Virus record (IMG/VR): IMGVR_UViG_3300028384_000991
Location: 32,001-96,000 of that record
DNA: 64,000 bases
Reading direction: 5' to 3' (one strand)
DNA from: a virus
The stretch's first letter is position 1. Every line of letters begins with the position of its first letter. Below the pieces are notes generated by a model. The model was given only the letters and a program-made list of their open reading frames with translations, did no database searches and was not told the DNA's origin. Of the stretch, positions 20,777 to 30,268 are shown one piece after another. Made by a program: the position numbers and the translations under genes.

Positions 20777-21270
20777 TAGTAGTAGGTGCCTGTGATTTGT
20801 AGTGTGTATCTTGGTTCAACGCCAATGTTACTTGCGGCGTGTGGAGCATCCGGTGTCCATAAAACATATTCGCCTGCTTTGTAATTTACAACACCGTTAC
20901 CTTCAACTTCGAAATAGTGTCCCGGCTTCCATTCTTCTAAGAATACAATAGCACGTCTTACTTCTTTTCTATCTTTGTTAAACACTTTGCAATATGTGTT
21001 AAAATGATCAGTATGCACAGGCATAATATCTAATGTGTCCATTCTGTAAAAAACAAATCCAGGATTACGTAAATTCAATAAAGAAGCAACTTTATCTACC
21101 CATTCCGGCATTGGATTTCTACTATCATACATTTTACCTGTAGTAGTATCATGTGTATAACCTTGTTTACGCCAAGTTTCTGCTTCTTCACCTGTAATAG
21201 GTTGTCTTACGTAATCAAAATTTTTGTATTCTTCGTCCCATAAAATAGGAAGGAAACCTCTATAAAACAT
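20776..21270 (-). CDS. 2OG-Fe(II)/cupin-fold oxygenase-like protein
   Basis: PVHTD ... PHAASN ... RYTLQITG. Confidence 0.65.
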   Translation of the reverse strand: MFYRGFLPILWDEEYKNFDYVRQPITGEEAETWRKQGYTHDTTTGKMYDSRNPMPEWVDKVASLLNLRNPGFVFYRMDTLDIMPVHTDHFNTYCKVFNKDRKEVRRAIVFLEEWKPGHYFEVEGNGVVNYKAGEYVLWTPDAPHAASNIGVEPRYTLQITGTYY

Positions 21271-22228
21271 CTCTTTCAATATCCAATGTTACGCAGTGAA
21301 ATCCACCGCCTAAAGTTCTTTGATGCCTCATTGGCAACATAGCACACTCAATGCCTTGTGCTTCGAGTGCTTTACGTAGTGGCTCTTGATGTTTTTCAAG
21401 TGCAACTAACTTAGTATTTACACTAAACAAGTTCATGTTAATCCATGTACTTGCATTGCACCAACCCGGATAGTGTCCTATATCAACTGGTTCTGGACAC
21501 CATAGTATATCCCAACTTCTAAACGGTTCTGGTAAATCGTCCTTGCTTTTTATTCTACTTGGATTAGCAAGTAGTAATCCTTCACGTAAAAATGCAACAG
21601 TGCTATCAATATGCATATAACTATAAACATCTTTTAGTAGATGAACTTTTGCTCTATCACCTAATGCATTTTGTAATAATGTTGCACCTAATTCATTACC
21701 ACTATTGCTTACAAGATATAAAACGTGTTCATTGGCACGGATAATATTAGCGGCGTCAAACGCAGGTTCAAAGTCTGTTAGTGCAAGAATGTCTTTGTTA
21801 CCGATACAATCTGTATTGTATAACTTACTTTCATAGTAGCATCTTACATTTCGAGGATCGTTTAAATGTTTCTCAAATGCTCGCCACTCGCCCTTTCTTG
21901 CTCTAATTGGCATAGGGGTTGCAAGTGTTAATTTATCGTGTACAAATACTGAGTCTCGAGGACAATAATTATAATAGTTACAATCAGTAGTATCAGGACG
22001 TACAACTTCAACTGATTCTCCTTTTAAAAAATCTACAAAGGTTTCTAAATCTTCGTTTGCTTCATCTATTACTTGTTGTGGGTAAGGTCCTTTTTGAATT
22101 TCGCTTTCGTCTGTTTTGTCTGCAAAATTTACACAGCGTAAACTTATATCTATGTCTGTAGGAATTTTTGCATTATCTGCAATACCAACAATTACTTTTT
22201 TAAGTTTACCCCATTCATTTTTAGACAT
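21260..22228 (-). CDS. Amidinotransferase (glycine/inosamine-phosphate amidinotransferase family)
   Basis: NEWGKLKKVIVG, CPRD, DAAN, HIDST, GGGFHCVTLD catalytic motifs. Confidence 0.9.
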   Translation of the reverse strand: MSKNEWGKLKKVIVGIADNAKIPTDIDISLRCVNFADKTDESEIQKGPYPQQVIDEANEDLETFVDFLKGESVEVVRPDTTDCNYYNYCPRDSVFVHDKLTLATPMPIRARKGEWRAFEKHLNDPRNVRCYYESKLYNTDCIGNKDILALTDFEPAFDAANIIRANEHVLYLVSNSGNELGATLLQNALGDRAKVHLLKDVYSYMHIDSTVAFLREGLLLANPSRIKSKDDLPEPFRSWDILWCPEPVDIGHYPGWCNASTWINMNLFSVNTKLVALEKHQEPLRKALEAQGIECAMLPMRHQRTLGGGFHCVTLDIERDVL

Positions 22229-22901
22229 ATGAAACTCTTCCAGGCCAATGTTCTAAAATAAGATCTTCTAATGTTAAATTATCCATTCTTGCATTTTCGC
22301 CTTTGATTTGTTGCACAATCGTTTCCATTTGTTGACACCAATCTTTGGTAGTTTGTTTTAATTTGTATCCGAGGTAAGGATAAATTGTTTTTTCAACATA
22401 ACGCATATGTTCTAATACACTGGGATGACTATCAGTTACATATACATTTTTTGTTGTAGGAAATATGTTTTCAGCACCTGGCAAATTTTTATCAACTTTA
22501 TCTTTGTGTCCTTGAAATAAATCTACGCCAAATGATTTTAAGTATGCATTAGTTTGTAATATTGCAGTTTTATTTCTAATTATATCGTTTTCTTCACTCC
22601 AGTGGTTACTTAGATATTCATCGCTGTAATAATCACTGTTTAAAATATTACCTTCAGTTACCCATTTGCCTTCTTTAAATAAATCAACTCTTTGCCAACT
22701 GCTCCATAAAATACAAACAAGATCGTCTTTGTTAAAGTTATGTTTTTCGTTTGCTTCAATAGTACGACAAGCAATACCTTGATTGCCCATGCCTGCTTTT
22801 GCATAATTATGATTTTCGCAGTCTAAATCTTTTGCAATTATATCACTCCATGTCGGCCAAATATATTCTGTGTACGAACACCCAAATGTAAAAAGTCTCA
22901 T
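22221..22901 (-). CDS. SGNH/GDSL-like protein
   Basis: FGCSYT block I, NYAKAGMGN block II, DSHP (DxH). Confidence 0.55.
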   Translation of the reverse strand: MRLFTFGCSYTEYIWPTWSDIIAKDLDCENHNYAKAGMGNQGIACRTIEANEKHNFNKDDLVCILWSSWQRVDLFKEGKWVTEGNILNSDYYSDEYLSNHWSEENDIIRNKTAILQTNAYLKSFGVDLFQGHKDKVDKNLPGAENIFPTTKNVYVTDSHPSVLEHMRYVEKTIYPYLGYKLKQTTKDWCQQMETIVQQIKGENARMDNLTLEDLILEHWPGRVSYV

Positions 22902-23482
22902 TTAAATACCTCCATAGCAGGTAAGTAAGGATAGTCTTCGCTGGTCCATAACTTGTCTGGATTTACAGTTTTTAATTTTTCGATTCCAAGTTGAGCAGTT
23001 TCAGGAGTCATGTAATAGTGATATCCTATTTGTTTTATATTTTGTTCTGCCCAAGGTTTATCATCTGCTCTGCCGTCATATGCCATTTGTTTTAGAATTT
23101 TGTAATCTTGTTCTGTAGGACAAAGTATTGCACCGCCTCTACCAAGACTTAGCATTTTTTTATGTTGAAAACTTAGACACATAAATTGTCCTGGTAAGTA
23201 ACTGTCTTTTGCAAAGTTAACAGCACCATCGATAATTCTTGTTCCGCCAAGAAAGTAATAGCCTACCCATTCTGCATTTACAAATGTCCAATCAAGATTT
23301 AGTTTCATTAATGTAAACGGAATACTAATATATGTGCGGGTAGGAATTTGGATTTTGACCTGTGGGTTGATATACCTTAGGCATAATTCAATAGCATGGG
23401 TGCAACTATCTGTTGCCACAGCATATGGTGCATCGTAGTAGTCTGCAATTTGTTTTTCGAACTCTTTTACTGTTTCAAACAT
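22898..23482 (-). CDS. Short DegT/DnrJ/EryC1/StrS-type PLP aminotransferase-like protein (194 aa)
   Basis: AVATDSCTHAIEL, IIDGA, SFQHKKML..GRGGAI, GYHYYM; start moved to ATG 23482. Confidence 0.75.
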   Translation of the reverse strand: MFETVKEFEKQIADYYDAPYAVATDSCTHAIELCLRYINPQVKIQIPTRTYISIPFTLMKLNLDWTFVNAEWVGYYFLGGTRIIDGAVNFAKDSYLPGQFMCLSFQHKKMLSLGRGGAILCPTEQDYKILKQMAYDGRADDKPWAEQNIKQIGYHYYMTPETAQLGIEKLKTVNPDKLWTSEDYPYLPAMEVFK

Positions 23483-23487
23483 AAACA

Positions 23488-23495
23488 TATTTATA
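23488..23495 (-). promoter_or_regulatory. Late promoter TATAAATA (full T4 consensus), leaderless
   Basis: Reverse-strand TATAAATA 5 nt before ATG 23482. Confidence 0.7.
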
Positions 23496-23506
23496 TGCGT
23501 ACTTAA

Positions 23507-23512
23507 TAAGTA
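23507..23512 (+). promoter_or_regulatory. Late promoter variant TAAGTA, leaderless
   Basis: TAAGTA 5 nt before GTG 23518; divergent partner of 23488. Confidence 0.55.
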
Positions 23513-23517
23513 TATGT

Positions 23518-24468
23518 GTGAGTGAGACAATGAATCTATTATTATGGCATAGGTCTTGGAGCCTAAATAAACTGTTAGAAGCAATCCAAAATAATTCTGA
23601 AACTAATATCAGAGTTTTAGGTGCAGAAGAATATGCAATAATGGGTTGGGACGATCCCGAAAATGAAAAAATTCTTAAACAAATTAAACAAGAAATATCT
23701 AATAGTACTAATACTATTGAGTTTGTTTGTGGCGGATTTCCTACAAGCAACTCTTTTCATCCAGGGCCTAATGTAACATATTGGACAACATTTTGGCCTA
23801 CCAAAACATACTACGAACTAAACAAATTTGGCCATGTTGCTAATAATAACAAATTTACAAAGGCGTATGTAAATCTTAATAACAAACCTTGGTACTTTCG
23901 TTGTGAAATGCTTGATGCATTATCTCAAAGAAACTTAATTTCTAAGGGAGCAATAAGTTGGAACGAAACAAATAACGATTATGATTTCAAACACTGGAAA
24001 CAACAAAGATTAGTAATTGATCCTGAGTATGCAAAAACAACAGAACAGTATGGATCTTTTCCGCCTCCGTTCCTTGAAAGTTTTATGAGTCTTGTAAGTG
24101 AATCTACAATGGATACTATTTTCCCAACAGAAAAAACGTATACACCAATATACTTTAAAAAACCTTTTTTAGTTTGGAGTGTACCTAACTTTCACAAAGC
24201 ATTACAAGATTTAGGTTTTGAACTGTATGATGAAATATTTGATTACAGTTTTGATTCAATTAGCAATAATAAGAAAAGACTAAATGAACTTTTAGATCAA
24301 GTTGAAACAATAGTTGACAAGGATTATCAAAAGTTGTATAATTTGGTTGCAGAAAAAGCAGAAAGAAACTATAATATACTAAAGAATATTAGGTTCGACA
24401 TCAGCAAAGTTCCGAGCAGTATTTTACAGCACGGTGGTTATGAACAATTAATTAAGGAAATGAAATGA
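23518..24468 (+). CDS. Putative GT-B-like glycosyltransferase
   Basis: LVSEST...PTEKTY.PIYFKKPF...LGFELY...DYSFD; paralog of 19751. Confidence 0.5.
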   Translation: MSETMNLLLWHRSWSLNKLLEAIQNNSETNIRVLGAEEYAIMGWDDPENEKILKQIKQEISNSTNTIEFVCGGFPTSNSFHPGPNVTYWTTFWPTKTYYELNKFGHVANNNKFTKAYVNLNNKPWYFRCEMLDALSQRNLISKGAISWNETNNDYDFKHWKQQRLVIDPEYAKTTEQYGSFPPPFLESFMSLVSESTMDTIFPTEKTYTPIYFKKPFLVWSVPNFHKALQDLGFELYDEIFDYSFDSISNNKKRLNELLDQVETIVDKDYQKLYNLVAEKAERNYNILKNIRFDISKVPSSILQHGGYEQLIKEMK

Positions 24469-25652
24469 GTACAATTGGTTTTATTGGCGTAGGTAAGTTA
24501 GGCGAGCCTTGTGCAGAAGAAATAGTTAAGAAGGGACATATAGTAAAAGGTTATGATATTTCTTCTTTTAGCAGTCAACATATTCAAACAACAGAGTCTA
24601 TTAAAGAATGTGTAGAAGATACAGATATTGTATTTGTTGCAGTGCCAACACCACATCATCCAGACTATGACGGTAAACGTCCGACCAGCCATTTAGAACC
24701 CAAAGACTTTGATTACAGTATTGTTATAGATGTTTTGAAAGAAGCAAACAAACATATGAACAAAGATCAACTTTTGGTGTTAATCTCAACAGTCTTACCA
24801 GGAACAACACGTAGAGAATTTGTTCCGCTTGTAACTAACACACGTTTTGTTTATAATCCTTATCTAATTGCAATGGGAACTGTAGGCTGGGACATGGTAA
24901 ATCCTGAAATGGTAATGATCGGAACCGACGATGGCAGTGAAACAGGTGATGCAAAACAGTTACGTGAATTTTATGATAGTGTAATGGAAAATAATCCTCG
25001 TTATGTAATTGGCACATATGATGAGTGTGAATGTATTAAGGTATTTTATAATACATTTATTAGTACAAAACTAAGTCTTGTAAACATGATGCAAGACGTT
25101 GCACAGCGTCAAGGTAATATCAATGTTGATGTTGTAACAAAAGCATTAGCAGAAAGCACACAACGTATTATGAGTCCTGCTTATATGACAGCAGGTATGG
25201 GCGATGGCGGCAGTTGTCACCCAAGAGATAATATTGCACTACGTTACATGGCAAAAGAACTAAATCTTGAATATGATATTTTTGATAGCATTATGACGGC
25301 CAGAGAAATACAAGCAAAAAATCTTGCAAAATTTGTTGTTGATACAAAAAACAAATATGGTGGTAGTATTTTCTTAAACGGTATTACATATAAACCTGGT
25401 GTAGAATATGTAGACGGGAGTTATGCGTTACTTGTAGATCATTACATAAAAGAACTTGGTGAAAAATGTATATACATTGATCCACTTGCTTGTGAAATGC
25501 CAAGCAGTGAAACAAGTCTTGGAGGCATTGTTTTACTTGCACATCCAACGCCTTATTTAAATTACTCAACAGATACAGTTTTTATTGATCCGTGGAGAAG
25601 TATGAAGCCTGATCCTAAATATTTAATTTTATCATACGGAAACACACGATGA
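24465..25652 (+). CDS. UDP-glucose/GDP-mannose dehydrogenase family protein
   Basis: IGFIGVGKLG Rossmann motif, FVAVPTP, STVLPGT, GGSCHPRD catalytic Cys. Confidence 0.9.
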   Translation: MSTIGFIGVGKLGEPCAEEIVKKGHIVKGYDISSFSSQHIQTTESIKECVEDTDIVFVAVPTPHHPDYDGKRPTSHLEPKDFDYSIVIDVLKEANKHMNKDQLLVLISTVLPGTTRREFVPLVTNTRFVYNPYLIAMGTVGWDMVNPEMVMIGTDDGSETGDAKQLREFYDSVMENNPRYVIGTYDECECIKVFYNTFISTKLSLVNMMQDVAQRQGNINVDVVTKALAESTQRIMSPAYMTAGMGDGGSCHPRDNIALRYMAKELNLEYDIFDSIMTAREIQAKNLAKFVVDTKNKYGGSIFLNGITYKPGVEYVDGSYALLVDHYIKELGEKCIYIDPLACEMPSSETSLGGIVLLAHPTPYLNYSTDTVFIDPWRSMKPDPKYLILSYGNTR

Positions 25653-26446
25653 GATATACTAAGTCAGAACCGTTGCTATACTTTCCTGGCAAAGCAGGAA
25701 AAACTCTACAGTGGTATAACGGTGACGATTTAGAAAACTATAATGCAAGTAATAAACCAGATTGGAATTATTTTGGTAGTAAAGATAAACTGTTTTATGA
25801 ATTTAACAGTTTAGGATATAGAACAAGAGAATTAGATACACTTGATGATTACATTCTTGTGTTTGGGTGTAGTTATACAGAAGGCACAGGATTGTTTGAA
25901 AACGAAATATGGTGTAATGTATTAGGCAACGAATTAGGAATAGATATTTTAAATTTAGCAAAAGCAGGAACAGGTCCTGACGTTGTAAATCTTAACACCC
26001 AATTATTTGTAAAAAATAAATTTGTAAAACCTCGTGCAGTTATTAATCAATGGCCGCAATCTACAAGAAAAAGTTTTGCTTATATAGAACGTGAAGGATT
26101 ATTTAAAAAACAATTAAGATTAGAAGATCGTAATGTTAATAACTGGGTAGCAGGAGAAAATGCTGACAGTGATTGGTATTTTAATAGATGGTTAATGGAA
26201 GATGGACAATTAGAATATGAAAACAGTTTGCATATTAACAGTGTAACAAACCTTTGGAATGCTTTAGGAGTTCCTGTTTTCAATTGGACCTTTGGCGGCG
26301 ACTTTATGACAAAGTATAATAAAGAAATGGTATCTGTTCTAAAACTTGAAAATACAGATAGAGCAAGAGACAATGCACATGATGGTCCGTTGATACACAA
26401 AGAAGTAGTAGAAAAAATTAGAGATAAAGTTGAATGTATGATATAG
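25649..26446 (+). CDS. SGNH/GDSL-like protein
   Basis: NSLGYR, FGCSYTEG, NLAKAG, ARDNAHDG. Confidence 0.55.
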   Translation: MRYTKSEPLLYFPGKAGKTLQWYNGDDLENYNASNKPDWNYFGSKDKLFYEFNSLGYRTRELDTLDDYILVFGCSYTEGTGLFENEIWCNVLGNELGIDILNLAKAGTGPDVVNLNTQLFVKNKFVKPRAVINQWPQSTRKSFAYIEREGLFKKQLRLEDRNVNNWVAGENADSDWYFNRWLMEDGQLEYENSLHINSVTNLWNALGVPVFNWTFGGDFMTKYNKEMVSVLKLENTDRARDNAHDGPLIHKEVVEKIRDKVECMI

Positions 26447-27120
26447 TGTTTATAAGTTACGGTGAACCTAACGCTGATAATAATTGGGAAAGACTAAAGA
26501 GTCAATTTCCAATGGCTAAGCGTGTGAAAGATGTAGAAGGAATACATCAAGCACATATCACCGCGGCAAAAAAATGCTTTACAAAAATGTTTTGGGTAGT
26601 TGACGGAGATGCTGAACTACTTGATTTCAACTTTGACTATGAGGTTTCCGAGTGGGATTTAGAAACAGTTCATGTATGGAGAAGTATAAATCCTGTCAAT
26701 AACTTGGAATATGGATACGGTGGTGTTAAACTTCTCCCTCGCACACTCACGTTAAACATGGACACCACCGTACCCGACATGACTACAAGTATCAGTGATA
26801 AATTTAAGGCAGTAGATCAAATAAGCAATCTAACAGTTTTTAATACAGATCCTTGGAATGCATGGAAGAGTGGATTTAGAGAATGTTGTAAACTTGCAAG
26901 TAAAACAATTAAAGGACAAGTTGACGAAGAAACTGAAAAGCGTTTAGATATTTGGTGTACTGTAGGTGAAGATGCCGAGTTTGGCAAATATGCTATTCAT
27001 GGTGCACAAGTAGGTAGACACTTTGGCGAAGCACACAAAGACGATAAAGATATGCTTTACAAAATAAATGATTTTAAATGGTTGAAGGAGCAGTTTGATG
27101 ACTACGAAGATTCCATTTAA
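26434..27120 (+). CDS. GT2-like glycosyltransferase (paralog of 17507)
   Basis: DIVFISYGEPNA, WVVDGD, AWKSGFRECCKL. Confidence 0.6.
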   Translation: MYDIVFISYGEPNADNNWERLKSQFPMAKRVKDVEGIHQAHITAAKKCFTKMFWVVDGDAELLDFNFDYEVSEWDLETVHVWRSINPVNNLEYGYGGVKLLPRTLTLNMDTTVPDMTTSISDKFKAVDQISNLTVFNTDPWNAWKSGFRECCKLASKTIKGQVDEETEKRLDIWCTVGEDAEFGKYAIHGAQVGRHFGEAHKDDKDMLYKINDFKWLKEQFDDYEDSI

Positions 27121-28057
27121 TAATATTGTAAAGTTAGGTCAAAAGACAATGCTGGACAATAATTTGTTTTCAGTTAGTTGGATTATTGGGCGTTTTTGTA
27201 ATTACAAGTGTTCGTACTGTTGGCCATATGCTAACACAGATAAACCTGATTACTATGATTTACAAACATATAAAAATACTGTTGATGAAATAAAACGCCA
27301 AGCAATAGCCAATGGATTTGATAAATTTCATTTTAGTTTTAGTGGCGGAGAACCTACAGCCTATAAAGATTTATTAAAATTAATAGAACACTACGAAGAT
27401 TACAAGAGTGAATATCTAAGTATACACATGACAAGTAATTGTAGTCCGTCAAAGTCTTGGTGGAAGCGTTGGTTAGATATTACTCATGTAATGGATAGAA
27501 GAAGTATTACTGCAAGTTTTCATGCAGAGTTTGCCAATGAAAAAGCGTTTGGCGACAAATTATTATATTTACAGGACAACGATGTTTTCATTACTATTAA
27601 TCAAGTAATGGTTCCAAGTCTATGGGAGGAGTATTATGAAAGAAGTCAAAGATTCATTAAAAGAGGTTTGCACGTTACTCTTAAGCCGCAATCAGATCCT
27701 ACTGCGTCATTTGTGGTCGATGGTTACACGGAAGAACAAAAACAAATCTTGCAAAATGACAGCGAACAAGAATACAAACAAGTTCGCCTCCAAGATGATA
27801 AAGGAATAGAATACGAAATAGATCAAGCAGAAAGATTAAATGCGTATGGATTTAATAAGTTTAAAGGTTGGCAATGTAACAGTGGATATCAAAGTTGCAT
27901 TATTAGAGGCAATGAAGTAAAACGTAGTTACAGTTGTCATGACGAACCATTAGGAACACTTACTGATGGTTTTCAACTTTTTGATAAACCGATGCCTTGT
28001 ATCACACCAAGTTGTGTAAGCAGTGCAGATAGCAAAATACCGAAAGAAAAAATATGA
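27098..28057 (+). CDS. Radical SAM protein with C-terminal Cys-rich domain
   Basis: CNYKCSYC, SGGEP, C-terminal CNSG..SC..C...C. Confidence 0.85.
   Translation: MTTKIPFNNIVKLGQKTMLDNNLFSVSWIIGRFCNYKCSYCWPYANTDKPDYYDLQTYKNTVDEIKRQAIANGFDKFHFSFSGGEPTAYKDLLKLIEHYEDYKSEYLSIHMTSNCSPSKSWWKRWLDITHVMDRRSITASFHAEFANEKAFGDKLLYLQDNDVFITINQVMVPSLWEEYYERSQRFIKRGLHVTLKPQSDPTASFVVDGYTEEQKQILQNDSEQEYKQVRLQDDKGIEYEIDQAERLNAYGFNKFKGWQCNSGYQSCIIRGNEVKRSYSCHDEPLGTLTDGFQLFDKPMPCITPSCVSSADSKIPKEKI
27636..27809 (+). CDS. Candidate nested +1-frame ORF (57 aa) inside the radical SAM gene
   Basis: GGAGG SD 6 nt before ATG 27636; host gene uses atypical codons across the overlap. Confidence 0.3.
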   Translation: MKEVKDSLKEVCTLLLSRNQILLRHLWSMVTRKNKNKSCKMTANKNTNKFASKMIKE

Positions 28058-28653
28058 AAATAGAATTAGAAGATATTATGTTTTGGATGGACGCTATTCG
28101 TAACAGCGAGGATCGGGATCGTACACTTGAAAGTTTTTGGAAAGGTCAATTACGTAGTAAAGAAGCCTTGGTAAGAATGTTAGAATTCAAGTGTGATTAT
28201 AGAAAACAATATTCAATAACAATACACGGAGGTTGGAATGGAGTACTTGCCAGTTTACTTTTTAATAGTCGCATTGATATACGCAATATCAGATCAGTAG
28301 ACATAGATCCTGACTGCGAAGAAACAGCAAAGACTATGAATAAAAACCAAGAGATGGAAGGCAGATTTACTGCACACACAGGCGATATGTGTACAGATAA
28401 GTACAATGCAGACATTGTAATTAATACAAGTTGCGAACACGTAGATAAAGTCAAATTGCAACAATGGTTTGATAACATACCTCAAGGTACTATGTATGTT
28501 ATGCAAAGCAATAATTATTCGGAACTTGAAGAACATATTAACTGTGTTAACAGTGCAGGCGAACTGGCCGAGTCTGTTGGTGCTAAAGACTATGATGTAG
28601 AGGAAATCGTATTACCTAAGTATACAAGGTATATGATTAGTGGAATAAAATGA
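28054..28653 (+). CDS. Class I SAM-dependent methyltransferase-like protein
   Basis: IHGGWNG motif I, SVDID motif II, INTSCEH. Confidence 0.7.
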   Translation: MKIELEDIMFWMDAIRNSEDRDRTLESFWKGQLRSKEALVRMLEFKCDYRKQYSITIHGGWNGVLASLLFNSRIDIRNIRSVDIDPDCEETAKTMNKNQEMEGRFTAHTGDMCTDKYNADIVINTSCEHVDKVKLQQWFDNIPQGTMYVMQSNNYSELEEHINCVNSAGELAESVGAKDYDVEEIVLPKYTRYMISGIK

Positions 28654-29270
28654 ATTACGAAACACTTACACAATACGGAAGTTTTATAGAATTAGATGTA
28701 GTTACTGATGCAGAGCAATTAGTTGCTTGGGCAAATGATTTCGAATGGGTCAAATACAATCCACGTAAAGATGTAAACAGATGGGGACTTAGTATTACAA
28801 GTCTTGACGGAGGCTTGTCAGGTGTTCCTGACTTAGATAGTTTGTACGAATACAACAAAGAAAATAACACAAATTACAAAGAAGAAGATTTTAAAGTTCC
28901 AACTCCTGTACTAAACAAACAAATACATGATATACTTAAACCTTGGAATGGATATTATTATAGAACACACTTTTTAAAATTTGGTCCAGGCGGATTTTTC
29001 CCTCCGCATAGAGATTGGAATTACATGACTGGTGTTCCTAAAGACTTTAGATTAATTATGCCATTGCGTAATGTTAATCCTCCATCATTTAATTTTGTCT
29101 ATGAAGATAAAACACTGCATTGGGAAACAGGAAGAATGTATTTCTTAGATACTCAGCGTATGCATTATTTGTTTAACAGTAGTTTCACAGATAGTTATTG
29201 GATGGTAGTTAATGTAGCACTAAACACAGAAACTATTATGCGAACATTAGAAAGGTTAAATCAGAAGTAA
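28650..29270 (+). CDS. 2OG-Fe(II) oxygenase (Asp/Asn beta-hydroxylase-like)
   Basis: GGFFPPHRD ... GRMYFLDT..MHYLFN. Confidence 0.65.
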   Translation: MNYETLTQYGSFIELDVVTDAEQLVAWANDFEWVKYNPRKDVNRWGLSITSLDGGLSGVPDLDSLYEYNKENNTNYKEEDFKVPTPVLNKQIHDILKPWNGYYYRTHFLKFGPGGFFPPHRDWNYMTGVPKDFRLIMPLRNVNPPSFNFVYEDKTLHWETGRMYFLDTQRMHYLFNSSFTDSYWMVVNVALNTETIMRTLERLNQK

Positions 29271-30268
29271 TGTATAACTATGAAGATATTACCTCAATAC
29301 ATTTAGAAGTTACATCTAAATGCCAAGCACGTTGTCCCATGTGTCCGAGACGAATTCATGGCGGACCGTTATTAGACAGTATTGATTTAGAAGAAATTGA
29401 TTTAGGAACTTTTGTAAATTGGTTTCCAAGAGACTTTGTTCGTCAATTACATTTTCTTAATATGTGCGGAAACTTAGGTGATCCTATTGTAGCAAAAGAT
29501 ACACTTGAAATTTTCAAATACTTGCGTGAAACAAATCAAGGTATGACTTTACAAATGCATACTAACGGAAGTGGAAGATCAAAAGAGTGGTGGCAAGAAC
29601 TTGCTCAGCAAAATGTAAAAGTTGTATTCGGTATTGACGGATTAAAAGATACCCATGCATTGTACAGAGTAAACACTGACTGGGATAAAATTATAAACAA
29701 TGCTACACATTTTATTCATGCCGGCGGAGATGCACGTTGGGATATGTTAGTGTTCGAACACAATGAAGATCAAGTAGAAACTTGCGAACAAATGAGTAAA
29801 GAGTTAGGTTTCAAAGGCTTTAGTATCAAACATACAACAAGATTCAAAGATGGTAGATTTGATGTGTTAGATGATGATTATAATATTACACATACATTGT
29901 TTCCTTCTAAGAAAAGTCGCGATATGATTAAGCCAGCCAAAGAAGCACAAAAAGAAAAAATGCCAACAATTAGTTGTAAGGCAAAAAATGATAATCAAAT
30001 GTATATTAGTGCAAACGGCAACGTAAGTCCTTGCTGTTGGTTAGACTTAGAATGGTTACCACAGCACAGTTACAGTAGATTAGATTACATGGTTAAAATT
30101 AAAAAATATCCTAATTTGCATAAGAATACTATGCAAGAAATATTTGATTCAAACTTTTTCCGTGACATTGAAAAGACATGGACTACTTGTGGTATGCTTG
30201 AATGTTCTAAGCAATGCGGAAGTTTTGACAAACTAAACAAACAGTTTGAAAGGATAGAGCATGAGTAA
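29270..30268 (+). CDS. Radical SAM protein with C-terminal SPASM/twitch-like domain
   Basis: CQARCPMC, GNLGDP, C...GNVSPCC...CSKQC. Confidence 0.85.
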   Translation: MYNYEDITSIHLEVTSKCQARCPMCPRRIHGGPLLDSIDLEEIDLGTFVNWFPRDFVRQLHFLNMCGNLGDPIVAKDTLEIFKYLRETNQGMTLQMHTNGSGRSKEWWQELAQQNVKVVFGIDGLKDTHALYRVNTDWDKIINNATHFIHAGGDARWDMLVFEHNEDQVETCEQMSKELGFKGFSIKHTTRFKDGRFDVLDDDYNITHTLFPSKKSRDMIKPAKEAQKEKMPTISCKAKNDNQMYISANGNVSPCCWLDLEWLPQHSYSRLDYMVKIKKYPNLHKNTMQEIFDSNFFRDIEKTWTTCGMLECSKQCGSFDKLNKQFERIEHE

